This document shows positions 1 to 23,490 of a stretch of 64,000 nt of DNA, piece after piece. Below the pieces are notes generated by a model. That model searched no databases and was not told the origin of the DNA. It saw only the letters and a list, made by a program, of their open reading frames with translations. Where the stretch lies: the NCBI RefSeq assembly GCF_028641065.1, contig NC_073385.1, positions 59,830,001 to 59,894,000 on the forward strand, read 5' to 3'. Source of the stretch: Leucoraja erinacea. Lineage: Eukaryota. Positions within the stretch are counted from its first letter, which is position 1; the number at the start of each line of letters is the position of its first letter. Made by a program: the position numbers and the translations under genes.

Positions 1-389
1 CTTTCACCCCCTCTACCTTCCAGTATCTGGACAACCTCCCCCAAGCCCAACCACCCGTATCCATTAGCTCTCTCCGTTAAACCCACATTGCATTTCCACC
101 CCTCTCTGCTCATTTAATATTTCCGGGAATATACACTCTTTTATTTGACCAGGGATAGTTTGTCCCGACAATTCCCAGTCATATTCTTGAATTTGTACCA
201 CCGGAGTCCCTATATGAATGAAAATTGCCTTGTGAGCTACCAGTTGATTGTTACTGATAGAAAATAAAATATGTTGGCTGTGTGGGAAGACTCCTGATCG
301 GTGGAACTATACTGCCGCTTTCCTGTCAACATTATTGCAATGACTAATCAATGAGCACGTCCCCAATTTATGCTGCTGCATGCGATTGC

Positions 390-460
390 CCAATAAATTT
401 GGACGCGCGATTGGCTGTGAGATGTTTCGATACACCACAAGGTTACATAACCGGAAGTTT
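390..460 (+). promoter_or_regulatory. Candidate proximal promoter of paralog A (CCAAT, inverted CCAAT, ETS CCGGAAGT)
   Basis: cccaat near 391, gattggct near 409 and ccggaagt at 451-458, all within 150 bp of the ATG; motif match only. Confidence 0.35.
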
Positions 461-536
461 AACTCTTCTCTCAGATTCGACTCCGAGCTCGCCACGAAGG
501 TTCACATAGGTCGAACAAGAGGGGAAACTCGAACAA

Positions 537-5313
<4,777 letters not shown>

Positions 5314-7396
5314 GGATCTCAAACGGATGTATTTGTCTTTCGCTTAATAACGCATACATCACATGTAGCAAGTATATACATTTCCACTAACACGTCAAGC
5401 ATTATGCAGATCCTCTAATATGCATTACTACATTACCTATGACAAAGATTTATCTGTAAACCTAACTATGAGACAAGGGGAATTGTAGACGCTGGAATCT
5501 TGAGTGTACCACAACATGCTCCAATAACTCCGCGGGTCAGGCGGCATTTCTGGAGAGAATGAATAGGTGGCGTTTTGGGTCGGGACCCTTCTTTATACCA
5601 CAAACATCGCTTGCCCATGCTGCTTGACCCGCTGAGGTACTCCAACATTTTGTGTTTCACTAAGAAAAACATTTCACATTTTTTTCAATGATAAATTGAA
5701 CATGTTTGGTGCCATTATTTGTTATAGAATTCCCTGATGCATATCCATAAGCGCAGGAAGACCAGCAGAACTTATAAGTCAAGTTCAATTCGACTGCTTA
5801 CAAACAACCCTGGATATGAAATGTAAGGTACTCTGTATTTTACATACATGAAAGTAGGCATGTTACTGCGGCGTTACTAGAGCAATAAACTCTGCGTAAA
5901 TAAGCAAGTCCAACGTGCGATGTTTTTTTTCAAAAACCATTTATCAACGCGAGAATAATCATTGTTTTAAATAAACCAGAACGTGTCAGTGAGATAGGTT
6001 GGCGGTGAAGTTCAAGACGGATTACGGTAAACTATCTGATGTGATTGGAATCTACAGTCTTTATTTGATGAAAACGATTTTCAGTATCTCGGCAACGTGA
6101 CTGGTCTTGAAAGCCACTCTGCTCTCAGTCCGCTCACGGATTGGCGAATTAAGCGGAGAGCAAGCCCGCGTCCATAGATCCTCCAGGAACTAATACCGAA
6201 AACTAGTATTACATTTGGTAGATCTGCCCGCGATATGTCCGTGAGGGGACGTTCCTGTTTTCTGTCGCCACCCCGGGTTTTCTCCAGTCCAGTAGAAGGT
6301 TGAGAACCACTTGTACATTCTGGGAAAAGAATAGGAGCTTTCGTAAACATTCACCCCAGAAGCAAGAAGAGGCGAGCAATCTTCCATGAAGTCCTGCCGT
6401 CCACGTGGCGTCATCCGACGAAACAGTTATCCTTAAATGAAAAAAAACATTGGACGTAATTAGATTAGGCCTGGTTGGGGACTTCCGTGTACTCGTCAAA
6501 GATGGTTGGCAGTAATGCCAAACTGCTCCGTCGAAAATAACTACCGGATATGCATTGAAGAACGAAACTTCCACCCTTTTCAATATCGTTGGTGGTTCAT
6601 CCCAGCCAAAACCTATTGAAACCAGGTTATTCTACCCGGAGCAGAATGGGTCGTGTTACACGGCAGCATTCCTGTGCTAAGTCTGATAGAATACTGTAAT
6701 GACTAACTTTGTCGCTTAATGGTAGACTCAAAGACGGCAGGCAGGAGGAATTTCACCACCACAATTGGTAACCTCTGACAATAATATTGTTCTCTCTGCT
6801 TCCATTATCAAGGTAGATTACCCTACCAACGCTGTTTGAACGTCAGCTGTATCAATGATTCCTCGAGCAGCTGCAATGGGCCATGGAGCTGTACAGTACA
6901 GAACGGAATCTTCAGCCAATCGCTTCTAAATTGACCATCATGCATATATATACTGATGGCAATTGCTGTTTCCCTCTTTGCACTGCTCATTCATGTGCCT
7001 GTCCAGATGTTTTACAAAATCATGCTACTCTTCCTGTTTCCATCACCTTCACCCTCAGAACTCATTTAACCACCCACCCCCGACATAAATATGTTATCTC
7101 TTTGACACTGTTTATACCATGGCAAACTTTAGCTATCTACCACATCTATGCGTCACGTAGCTTTATACAATTTCATCATGTCACCACTCAGACGCCTTCG
7201 CTCCAGGGAATACACAGCCCAGCGGCTCTAGTTTCTCCTAATAAATCCAGCCATCGAATCCAGGCAACATTCTTGTGAAGGCACAAGGGATTGCAGACGT
7301 TGGGAGCAAAACGCAAAGTGGTGAAGGGCGTCAGGCAGCATCTTTGGAGGGATGTGTAGATAACGTTCTGGTCTAACGAAGGGTCTCGGCCGAAAC

Positions 7397-8270
7397 ATGC
7401 TTGTGAATCTTTTCTGCACCCTCTCTAGCTTAATCGCGAGATTCCTATATCGTATATAGGTTCCTATATTGTGGCGATCTGAAATGCACACGATACTTCC
7501 AGTGCAGCCAAACAACTGTTACACGACGTCCCAACTTTATACCACTTGTTTTCGCCGATGAAGGTAAGGTTTACCATCTCAAAATACATCGCGTTGCACT
7601 TGTTCCCAATTAAGTCCATCTACCATTCCTTTGCCCTCGTTTCCAGTTGATCAATATCCAGTTGTCACCTTCGCCCTCATTTTTCACTATGCACCATGCC
7701 ATCGACCTGGGTGTCATCTGCAAACTAACTAATCACCAACCTAATAATTAACAAAATCATTAACATATATGGCATACAACAGAGGAGCCAGCACTGATCC
7801 CTGTAGCGGACCGTTGGCTACATGCCACCAATCTCAACAAAATGACCCTCCATTACTTGTCTTTGTTTCCTATATCAAGTCAATTGCGGGTCCAATGTGT
7901 TCTCAGCTTCTGGCCCGTCTGCCACCCGGGTCTTATTGAACTCCTGCCCTCATCAATCTTGTTGGTCACCTCTTAAAAGATCAAATAAATTCATGAGACA
8001 TTACTTCCCATGCACAAAGCCATGCTGCCTATCCTTGATCTATCCTTGATTTTCCAAATGCAAGTTATCCTGTCCCTCAGATTCCCTCCATCCAACAACC
8101 TTTCCAACATCGATGTAGGGCCCACTGATCTAACATTCTCTGCCTTATCTCTACTACCCTTCTTAAATAAATGAACGGCATCAGTTATCCTCCAGCCGTG
8201 GCTGGTAAATCGCCAATGGCGGACATAGACACAACAATCTCTGCCCTTGCCTTGGCGATCTCCTTTCATG
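7397..8270 (-). mobile_element. Degenerate CR1 RT fragment
   Basis: HLFKKGSRDKAENVRSVGPTS and KLERVQKRFT remnants. Confidence 0.75.
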
Positions 8271-9364
8271 GTGAAGAATAATAGGACGTTGGCCCTTATT
8301 TACAAAAGCAGCAGCGTTACGGCAGTTGTGCAGAGGGAATTGAGAACAATTAACTCCCTATATTTGAGATTTCATATTTAATTGAAGGTGATTCAGAGAA
8401 GGTTGACCCCGCAAAATCTCGGATTTAAAAGAGTTGTCAGACGTGGAAAGGTTAAACAGGTTGGGTGGGACTTTCCTGACTGGAAGAATGAAAGGTGATG
8501 ATATTGAAACACTTAGCATTCTTAGGGAGCACGGCAGAAGACATACTGAGAGGATGTTTCAACTCACCGAGGTCTGTAATTATGCCAGTGATTATATACC
8601 GATTCAATCTGACTCTGCCGGACTCTGCCGGCTGTGGGGCGTCCTATGTTCGACATTCCGTGCTCTGTGATCTTCTTTTTGGGGTAGGCCTTAGAATTCA
8701 GAAAAACATAAATTGGAACTAACCTGTAAATACCTGCTGAATCAGGACCGTGGCGCCCTCCTGGTGCAAATATCAGCTTCCTTCTCCTCTCAAACCTGAC
8801 AATTCGCAGAGGCGGCAACATCTCTTTGTTGTAAAGACAACATGAAGTGGAGCATTAGTGGCGCCCTCTGGGGCTCACGACCGGCGATGCAACTCATCAA
8901 TCCTGAAGAAGAGAAAAAAGGTCTCAGGAACTCCGCTTCGGCAATGTTTTGTTGTTGTTAACCGTCTACCAGTACCCCGCGTTAAATAAAGCCTGAAAGT
9001 AATCAGTGACAATCTTTATAACCAATTCATACTTCTCTTTGTTTTTGATTGTGTGTTTTCTTTGTCATATGCGCGGATCGTCTTGTTATTATTTAGCCTT
9101 GTGGTCACACGCCACAAGTATATTCAAGGAGATAGATACAATCGTTTTACGCGAAAGGGATCAGGGCAAATGGTAGGAAATCGGAAACAAATTAAAGAAG
9201 AGGATGATCAGCCTTGATCATTTTGAAGGGCTGAACGCCCTGCACCTGCTCATATTTTCTATGTTTCTAAGTTGCTAGTTTCCCCACAATTACTTGGTTA
9301 ATATAAGAGTGCTGCTCTATTGGGGCGGCAAATGACCTTCGGAGATTGCTAGAAGCAACGAACT

Positions 9365-10068
9365 GCGGTCCTTGTTCACCAGTCACTGAAAGTAAGCATG
9401 CAGGTGCAGCAGGCCGTGAAGAAAGCGAATGCCATGTTGTCCTTCATAACAAGAGGAGTTGAGCATTACAGCAAAGAGGTCCTTCTGCAGTTGTACAGGT
9501 CCCTAGTGAGACCACACCTGGAGTATTGTGTGCAGATTTGGTCTTCAAATTTGAGGAAGGACATTCTTGCTATTGAGGGAGCGCAGCGTAGGTTCAGGAG
9601 GTAAATTCCCGGGATGGCGGGACTGTCATATGTTGATAGAATGGAGCGGATGGGCGTGTATACTCTGGAATTTGGAAGGATGAGAGGGAATCTTATTGAA
9701 ATATATACGATTTTTAAGGGTCTGGGCACGCTAGAGGCAAGAAACGAGTTCCTCGTGTAGAGAGAGTCCCGAACCAGGGGTAACAGTTTAAGAATAAGGG
9801 ACAAGCCATTTAGAACGGAGATGAGGAAAAACCTTTTCACATAGAGAGTTGTGAATCTGTGGAATTCTCTGCCTCAGAGGTCGGTGGAGGCCAATTCTCT
9901 GGAGGCTTGCAAGATAAATTTAGATAGAGTTCTTAAAGATAGCGGGGTCAAGGGATATGCGGAGAAGGCAGGAACGAGGTACTGATTGTGGATGATCAGC
10001 CAATGAAATGGCGGTGCTGGCTCGAGGGCCGAATGGCCTACTCCTGCATCTATTGTCTATTGTCTATT
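9365..10068 (+). mobile_element. CR1 LINE 3' end
   Basis: MQVQQAVKKANAML..LVRPHLEYCVQIW; 3' UTR ends in (CTATTGT)n. Confidence 0.9.
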
Positions 10069-10319
10069 GACTCTTAACAACACCCGTGTGGCTTATGTCG
10101 GCGATTATTTCCCTCTCACTGTTAACTTCAGGGAAAAGTCCCACGCTTCCACCTCACAGCTGAGTTTGGAGAATCGGCGTTTGGTGGTGTCATGCGAGAA
10201 ACCGCTTTGTTTACTCTACCGTCTTCACATTTTCCACGTCTCCTCATCAGTCATGTAGCTGCCGACGAGGAAGGCTTGAGATTGCGGTCACACGGGTCAG
10301 GTTTTGCCACAAAACATAA

Positions 10320-11080
10320 GATTGAAAGGTTGTTTTCAGAAGACTTTTCATAAAGTGCTGCACATGAGGCTGCACTACAAATTAGCCCGCAATATTAAAG
10401 GCCAGATACCAGCATGAGTAACCGATTGACTGACTGTTAGAAGACCAAGAGTGGGAATAAATGGGGCTGTCTGTGACTAGTAGTGTTCTGCAGGGGGCGG
10501 TGTCGCGTCCGCACATGTTACACGTTATATATTAATGATCTGGAATTCATGGGTTTGTGGTTAAGTTTTCAAATGACAGGAAGACAGGTGGAGGGTCAGG
10601 TAGTGTTGAGGAAGCAGGAAGGGTGGACATATTGTGAGTGTGGGCAAAGTAGTGCAACTGGAATAAAGCGTAGCAAAGCGTAAGGTAATGCACTTTGGTA
10701 GAAGGAGTAAAGGCGTAGACTATTTTTTAAATGGGGAAAGGATTCCGAAATCAGAGGTGCAAAAGAGACTTGGGAGTGCTGGTGCAGGATTCCTGAAAAG
10801 TTGTGTCTGTATTAAATAACACAAATGCAATATTAGCGTTCATTTCGAAAGGACTGGAATATAAAATAATGGGTTTGATGCTGAGGATTTATAAGATGCT
10901 GGTCAGACCATATTTGGAACATTGAGAGCCGGTTTTGGGTCCCATGTCTGAGAAAGGATGTGCTGATGTTGGAGAGGGTCCAGCGGATGTTTACCAGAAT
11001 TATTTGGGGAAGATAAGGTTAATTTTGAGGGACATTTGATGGCTCTGGGCCTGTGTTTAAACGGATGAGGGAGGGAGCTG

Positions 11081-11114
<34 letters not shown>

Positions 11115-11270
11115 GTGGAGATTGAAACTGACGGAATAATGAAATATCTATACAGCGTAGGTGTAGCGGGAATGTTTCTAGTAGTGGGGGAGTTTGGGAC
11201 CCAGACCCAAGGGAACAATGTCAGAATAAAAGGACATCTTCAGAATTGAGCGGAAGGGATATTTCTCTTA
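10320..11270 (+). mobile_element. Old CR1 RT fragment
   Basis: TLYINDL and LVRPYLE remnants with many frameshifts; poly-G run at 11085-11113. Confidence 0.7.
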
Positions 11271-11289
11271 AGGAATCTTAAGGATTAAG

Positions 11290-12150
11290 GAATCCTCTGC
11301 TCTACAACGCTCCCCAGAGGACTACCATTCACTGTATAGTTCCTGCCCTTGTTAGACGTCCACACATTTCCTGTATGAAATTCCATCAACCATTCCTCAG
11401 CCCACCTGGCCAATCGATCCAGCTCCTGCTGCAATCTTTCACAACCATCTTCACTATCTGCTAAACCACCCACTTTTATATTAACAGGAAACTTGCTAAT
11501 CTTGCCCTGAATGTTCTCATCCAAATCATTGATGTAGATGACAAACAGTAACGGGCCCAGCACCGAACCCTGAGGCTCACCACGAGCCACAGGCCTCCAG
11601 TCCGAGAAGCAACCTTCCACTATCACCCTTCCACGGAGCCAATTTGCTATCCATTCAGCTATCTCTCCTTGTATCCCTTGCGATCTAATCTTCCAGAACA
11701 GCCTACAATGCGGAACCTTGTCGAACGCCTTACTGAAATCCATGGATACAACATCTACAGCTCTGCCCTCATCGACCTTTTTGGTCACGTCTTCAAAAAA
11801 CTCAATCAGATTTGTGAGACACGACGTCCTACGTACAATACCATGCTGACTATCCCTAATCAGCCCTTGCCCATCCTATTGACTGTATAACCTATCCCTC
11901 AGAATACTCTCAAGTAAAGTTCCAACCACAGATGTTAACCTCACCGGTCTATAGTTCCCAGCATTTTTCCTGCAGCCCTTCTTGAATAGATGCACAACAT
12001 TTGCCATCCTCCAGTCTTCCGGCACCTCTCCTGTATTAAAGGACGACTCGTAAAGGTTCAACCAGGGCTCCTGCAATTTCCTCCACAGTTTCCCACAATG
12101 TCCTCTAATATGTCTGCTCAGGCCCCGGAGATTTGCCTACCTTCATCGAT
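11290..12150 (-). mobile_element. CR1 RT fragment
   Basis: DFSKAFDKVPH..PQGSVLGPLLFVIYINDL and VPEDWRMANVVHLFKKG. Confidence 0.9.
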
Positions 12151-12159
12151 CTTTAGAGA

Positions 12160-12330
12160 TGTTCGGTTTCCTCCCACACTCCAAAGACGTTTGTTGGTTA
12201 ATTAGCTTGGTATAACTGTAAATTGTCCCCAATGTGTGTAGGGCAGCGTTAGTGTGCGGGGATCGCTGATAGGCGAGGACTTGGTGGGCCGAAGGGCCTG
12301 TTTCCGCGCTGTATCTCTAAGCTAAACTTA
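12160..12330 (+). mobile_element. HE1-like V-SINE (3' part)
   Basis: Central domain cggtttcctcccacactccaaagacg and tail gggccgaagggcctgtttccgcgctgtatctctaa. Confidence 0.7.
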
Positions 12331-13420
12331 AAGTAAGGGCATCAAATGTTACTGGGGGAAGGCTGGAGTATGGGGTTGATAGGGAAACATAGATCAACCA
12401 CGATCGAATGGTGGAGCGGCCTCGATAGGCCAAGTGGCCTTTTCCGGCGCCTGTATGATCTCTGCAGCATTCCGAGGTGACGTTTTCTATACACGCAAGT
12501 GCCAAAAGAAACTTGGCTGCAGAGATTAACGTTGCTGGGAAATGTGACCTGTACATTCCGTATGTTTGGTGGATATTCTGGATGTTAAAACAGGTTTACA
12601 CTGTACACGTGACAATACCCCAAACCAAACAAAAACTGAACACTCCGTTAAACCTGCTCACCGCAGACACGTGTCGTGACTGATAACCAGTGCAGAGGAT
12701 CCACTTTGCCATAGGCGAAGCTATTACAGGAGATAGACACAAAAAACTGGAGTAACTCAGCGGGTCAGAGAGCATCTTTGGAGAAAAGGAATAGGCCATG
12801 TTGCGGGTAAAGACCCTTCTTCGGACTGAGAGTCGGTGGAAAGGAAATTATAGTGGTTTATTGAGAATCTAGTGGTTTACTGCCCGTGAGCACAACTGCT
12901 TTCACGAGTATCAGTCACTGTCGTTTGAATATGACCAGAGGCTCCATTGTCAGTGTGAATTACATAGTAGCATGATTGCAACGAACACAATGATCACAGT
13001 CCTTGGACGATTGCCTTGACAAATCCAAAATTAACACTTCGTTGACAAGGAACAAGTTGAGTGGAAACGGTGATAACACATAAAATCCAGAACAACCCGT
13101 ACTAGAACCAAAGTACATTTAGTGCAGAAGGCATTACTTGGTAATTTTAATTCGTAAGAATGTCTTCGCCACTCTCGCAAACTGTGAGCGATAGAAGCAA
13201 TGAGTCGTCATATCAATGTGCGAGTGACTTCTGAGGTCATTCGTATAAATCGAGCTATCTATTAAACATCAAACAAAAACACAGCGGATTATTCTTCACG
13301 ATTATCTTGAAACCGGCGTGAAAGTTCAAAGAGGGGTTTCGGCCTCCAGTCCAACTGATTTATGCATGGGAAAGCGACGGACATTGGAATTACGCTGCAC
13401 TGAGGTCATTTCAATAAACC

Positions 13421-13924
13421 ATAGACAATAGACAATAGGTGCAGGAGTAGGCCATTCGGCCCTTCGAGCCAGCACCGCCATTCAATGTATTCATGGCTGA
13501 TCATCCACAATCAGTACCTGTTCCTGCCTTCTCTCCATAATCCCGTAACACCGCTATCCCTAAGAGCTCTATCTAACTCTCTCTTGAAAGTATTCAGAGA
13601 ACCAGCCTCCACGGCCCTCCGAGGCAGAGAATTCCACACACTCACAACTCTCTGTGTGGAAAAGTTTTTCCTCATCTCCGTTCTAAATGGCCTACACCCT
13701 TCTTAAACTGTGGCCCGTGGTTCTGGACTCCCCCAACATTGGGAACATGTTTCCTGCCTCTAGCGTGTCCAAACCCTTAATAATCTTACATGTTTCAATA
13801 AGATGCCCTCCCATCCTTCTAAACTCCAGAGAGTACAAGCTCAGCCGCACCAATCTATGAACATATGACAGTCCCGCCACCCCGGGAATTAACCTCGTGA
13901 ACCTACGCTGCACTCCCTCAATAG
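13421..13924 (-). mobile_element. CR1 LINE 3' end
   Basis: IEGVQRRFTRLIPG..RTTGHSLR; (CTATTGT)n tail. Confidence 0.9.
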
Positions 13925-15918
13925 TACTTTCATTGGCAAAGACGGAAATGCTCACTGAAAGTAGATTCACGTAATTGATTTATTGTAGATTCAGGATTTT
14001 TTCGCCTCGGTGTCTCACCATGAAACGACGTGTTTCGTTTTGATGTGTGAATGAGCTAATTCCAGCTACCAATATGGCATAATCGCTTGACACCGCCTGG
14101 GATAGGACAATTGGGTAGAGTGGAGCACAAAATCACATTTATCCTACATAGATGTTGGTGAGAAAGCAGTGTTGATTTCATAAGCGATCAATTTTACCAA
14201 ATATATGGCGCCAGAAATGACTAGTCCCCGTTTGCTCAAAACTCTTCAATGTTAACCGCAACTCAGATGTTGTACACGATAACGCAGACATACCCCTTCT
14301 CTCATATCCCTATCCAACATGACAGAAAAGTACCGAACGTTTTTAAAATCACACGAGTAAAATATTAAAGTTAGTTGTCCTTCCTTTTTAATTGTCGGAT
14401 TATTTAATGGGAAGATCGACGACAACCGGAATTCTAAAGGCATAGAAATAAAATAATTTCATTTTAATACAGTGCGGCGAGACTGCAAATGTTTCCAGTA
14501 TTGACAATGCAGCTTAAGGCTGCGAATGGAACGTTAAAAACCCCGGGAATCCTTGTGAGGGGGTTATTATCCAAACTCGCTCGATCAATAATGGGGTGAT
14601 TTCTTGGAATACATTTCAGTAAATCGTGTCCTGGTCCCACACGTGACACCGATGTTACACCCGCATATTCTCTCCTTGACCCACATGTGAGGATTGCAAA
14701 ATGAGACCAAGGCCGCGCAACATTAAATCTTGCGACATGTTGGCAGGTTAAAGCCTGAGCACAAATGCACCACACGTACCTCCAAGAAGAGCGGAAGTGA
14801 ACGCAGTTTGTCACCATTGCCGTGACAGAGGAGCAGCTTAGCGTGAGTGTTATGCCTTTTTTTTTTAATCACTGTTGAATTCGCTTATGCTTCATTTTAA
14901 TTTTTATTGAGAGGGACAATGGCATTTCTGAGCCGTCACAGTCACCGTGAACTAAAATAGTGAGCATTCTTTAATGATAATGTTTTATAATTAATGGATT
15001 CCAGAGCATGCTAGATTTCAGATTGAGTGTATTTGAGTGTATAAACCGTCCATTAGCTGAACCAACCTGAGGAGGAATTCGTGTTTATTATTAGAGTCGC
15101 AGCGTCCTAAAGATACAACAGGGAAACACACCACCGACTCGGCACCGAGCACCAACACTCATTCTTACACTAATTCCTACACTGGCCCATTTTATTCTCC
15201 CCACATTCCATCATCTCCCCTCAGATTTTCTCCCACTGAGCTAGATATTTGGGGCAATTTACAGCGGCCAATTAATCCACTTGGAGTGCGCGTCCCTCCA
15301 GCACTGCGTGACAGCGCTGTGATTAGTCCCGCCATCGTGCGCCCGACTTAATGTTCCAGTCCTTGGAATTGCAGTATTACCAAAATGAATATTCGGCATC
15401 AGTGACCTGCTGGCGCGTGGCATCTGAGAACTGGCAAAATGCCCAAAAGGCACCAATAAACTCGGGGATCGCAGATACATCTTGGCAACAGAATAGGCGT
15501 AAATGTAGGTAGGAAGTTTGGTCCCTACAGTTGGTGTTCATTTTAGTTCCTGGATGATCACCTTTCATAAGAAGGCTAGAATTTAAAAAACAGGAGCAGG
15601 CTGCTGCCTCCTTGTAATCCTGTAATCCAATTACATCCTGATGTTGTGCACCAACACCATTTTCTGAGACTAACCCTAAATTATCTTAGCGCACAGTCAT
15701 GTTTTTCTGAGGATCTTACAGACAACGATTTGTTTTCGTACATAATAGTGTAACTGCAACTTCTCGACATTTGATTTGTTCTGAATTATGTGAATGATTC
15801 TATATTTAATTGTAGTAACTGTTTTGATGGTGGCGCGCTGTATCTTGCTGTGGGTCTTCCTGCAATCATTGGGAACGAAATTTAAATGGCGCATTTAACT
15901 TTGTGCACCGCGTTTGTA

Positions 15919-15928
15919 TTTCACTTCC
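15919..15928 (-). promoter_or_regulatory. ETS-IRF composite element (GGAAGTGAAA) upstream of paralog B
   Basis: TTTCACTTCC on +, about 115 bp upstream of the ATG; motif match only. Confidence 0.4.
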
Positions 15929-16043
15929 TTCCTTCACCTAGAGCAAAACCTTGGAGTGGGAGTGGGTCCAGGACTGAATGATATAGCCGTCTATAGTCGG
16001 GGAAGATCAACTTTTTTTGAGGGTCCGTTCAAAATCAGCAAGG

Positions 16044-20666
<4,623 letters not shown>

Positions 20667-22889
20667 TTGGCTTTGTACTGGGCGTATATTTGTAACTTAT
20701 GAAAACTCTGAGATTCACAGGGTTTACTAATTATTTCAAAAGTTGGGTGAATAGGAGTTGATGTTTTGTTCCTCTCTACATTTTCTCTCGCCCACACATT
20801 ACTGATACACGTTGACACACGTTATTATTCTTAGTGGAGATCACGCCGCCGTTGAAAATCAAATCCTATATGAATAAATAAGTATCAAATTCTAACTATA
20901 TTTAATGATAAAGGGGTTATACGGGAAGTCAGTTCGAAACCACGGTTAGTAATGCACATGTGAAATCCAAGACATTTTCCATGTCGGAGAAATTAATCTT
21001 TGCTTTCTATGTTCCAAATGTTTATTTATATGTTCCTCTTTCGATCAATTTTCTCCCAAGTTGTAACCTCCCCTGATTTTCACCGGCTGCATTCTGCTCC
21101 ATTTTGCGCTGTTTATATTTGTTAAATGTCATAAATTTCGATTATCACGTGTCCCCATCGGAGACATTATTTGAGAGTGCACTTTTTGCAGGTAAATGGC
21201 CACGCACTTTCACTTCCTCTTGATGTTGCTGCCACACTCCCTGTGAAATTATGAAAACATTAAACCTTGTTGAATGAAATAGAAGTGAGTTTTCAATCTG
21301 TTCACTGATTCCAAGTGTCGCTGAGACTCTGAGAAGTTGGAAGGATTAAATGTTCTACTTTTTAAAATACCGATTAAACGATTAATATAGACACTTAAAA
21401 CCTGCTAAAATAATTAATTTAATATTTAGAAATCAATTAGAAAACACCTATCTACGCAGTGAATGAAGGCACGCAAATTAACTGAAGGAGTGAGTAGATG
21501 CACCTGCTACACGTGGTGGAAAGTTGAAAGGTCAGGTGTTCTTTCTCTCAACAACTTGTCAACGATCTGAACTCAATGTTACGACCAGAGATGGCGCTGA
21601 AGCTTAACTCACGCGAACTCCACCGTGTCCGTCAGTCCGCGACGGTCCATTGCGGAATAATCGCTCGCCATGCACACGGTGCAGAGGCTGGTTATTCGTT
21701 GTTCTCCACCCCCACCCCCAGTCCCTTTAAACTGCAGCAAGTACAGACCCAGAGCCAACAAATGCTCATCCTATGTTCCCAATCACCCCTGAAATAGTTC
21801 TCCTAAAAATCTTCTGGACCCCCTTCAATGTCAACACATTCTTCTTCGGAATTGGGGCCCAAAACCGCTCACAATATTCCAACTCTGATCTGACTAGTGC
21901 CTTAGAAATCCTCAGCATTATATCCGTGCGTTTATATTCTAGTCCTGTTGAAATGATGCTAACATTGTATTTACCTTCCTACTACAGATCAACCTGCAAA
22001 TTAAACTTTTGGGAATCTTGCACCAGCATCCCAAGTCCCTTTGCACCCCCCGATTTCTAAATCCCTCCCCATTTTGAAAATATCCTACACCTTTATTCCT
22101 TCTACAAAAGTGCATGGCCGTACACTTTGCTGTGCTGTATTCCATTTGCCATTTCTTTGCCCACTCTCCCAACCCGTCCGAGTCCTACTGCAGACTTCCC
22201 GTTTCCTCAACACTACCTACCTACCCCTCCAAATATCTTTGTATCATTCGCATATTAGGCCACAAAACCATAAATTTAATCACCCAGATCATTGACATAT
22301 AACATGAAAAGTAACCGACCTAACGCAGGTTTCTGTGGAACACCACTAGTCACTGGCAGCCAAACAGAAAATGCCCTCTTTATTTCCACTCTGCCTTCTG
22401 CTGCTCAGGAAATGTTCTATCCTCTAACACCATGTGCTCCCATCTTGTTTAGCAGCCTCGCCAGAAACACCTTATCAAATGCCTTCTGAAAATCCAATTA
22501 AACAACATGTATTGATCTTCCTATGTATATCCCGCTTGTCGCATCCTCAAATTATTCCACCAGATATGTCATGCAAGATCTCCTTTTGACAATGCCATGC
22601 TGATTTTGGTCTATTTTATCATGTGCGTCCAACATCCTTAATAATCCTGCCAACCATTGAAGTTGAGCCAACCGGCCCAACATTTTATTTATCTTGTCTC
22701 GCTGCTTTTGTAAACGGTAGAGCTAAATTTTGAATTTCCACGCCATTCCTAACTCTAGTGATTCTTGAAAGGTCACTACTAATATGTCCACAATCTGAAC
22801 TGCGACCTCTTTAAGAAACCTGGGGTGTTGCCCATTTGGTCCAGGGGACCTATCCACCTTCACGCCTTTCAGCACCCAGTGTTCCCAGG

Positions 22890-22957
22890 GAAGAGCGTGA
22901 CTGGGCGCATCCCCGGGGAGCGCCGCTGAGAACAAAGAAGGACCCGACGTGTGTGTG

Positions 22958-22988
<31 letters not shown>

Positions 22989-23146
22989 GGGGGCGACGAT
23001 GAGAAGACACCGGCGTGGGAGTCCCAACTTTGTTGACGACCTTTACGCGGCGACTCTTTGCATACTTTGTGTATAGTATGCATCACGAAGAATTTCGCTA
23101 TGACATGTCACATGTGATAATAATGTGTCATTCATTCATTCATCCT
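22890..23146 (+). mobile_element. GC-rich non-autonomous retroposon 3' end with poly-G core and (CATT)n tail
   Basis: gagaacaaa+poly-G and the tail gaatttcgctatgacatgtcacatgtgataat recur at 26810-26866 and 28217-28280. Confidence 0.5.
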
Positions 23147-23490
23147 NNNNNNNNNNNNNNNNNNNNNNNNNNNNNNNNNNNNNNNNNNNNNNNNNNNNNN
23201 NNNNNNNNNNNNNNNNNNNNNNNNNNNNNNNNNNNNNNNNNNNNNNNNNNNNNNNNNNNNNNNNNNNNNNNNNNNNNNNNNNNNNNNNNNNNNNNNNNNN
23301 NNNNNNNNNNNNNNNNNNNNNNNNNNNNNNNNNNNNNNNNNNNNNNNNNNNNNNNNNNNNNNNNNNATCATTCAATCATACATGCATTCATTCATTCATG
23401 CATTCATTCATTCATTCATTCAATCATTCATTCATTCATTCATTCATTCAATCAATCATTCATTCAATCATTCAATCATTCAATCATTCA
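23128..23490. repeat. (CATT/CAAT)n microsatellite interrupted by an assembly gap
   Basis: Direct reading; N runs at 23147-23366 and 23491-23671. Confidence 0.95.
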
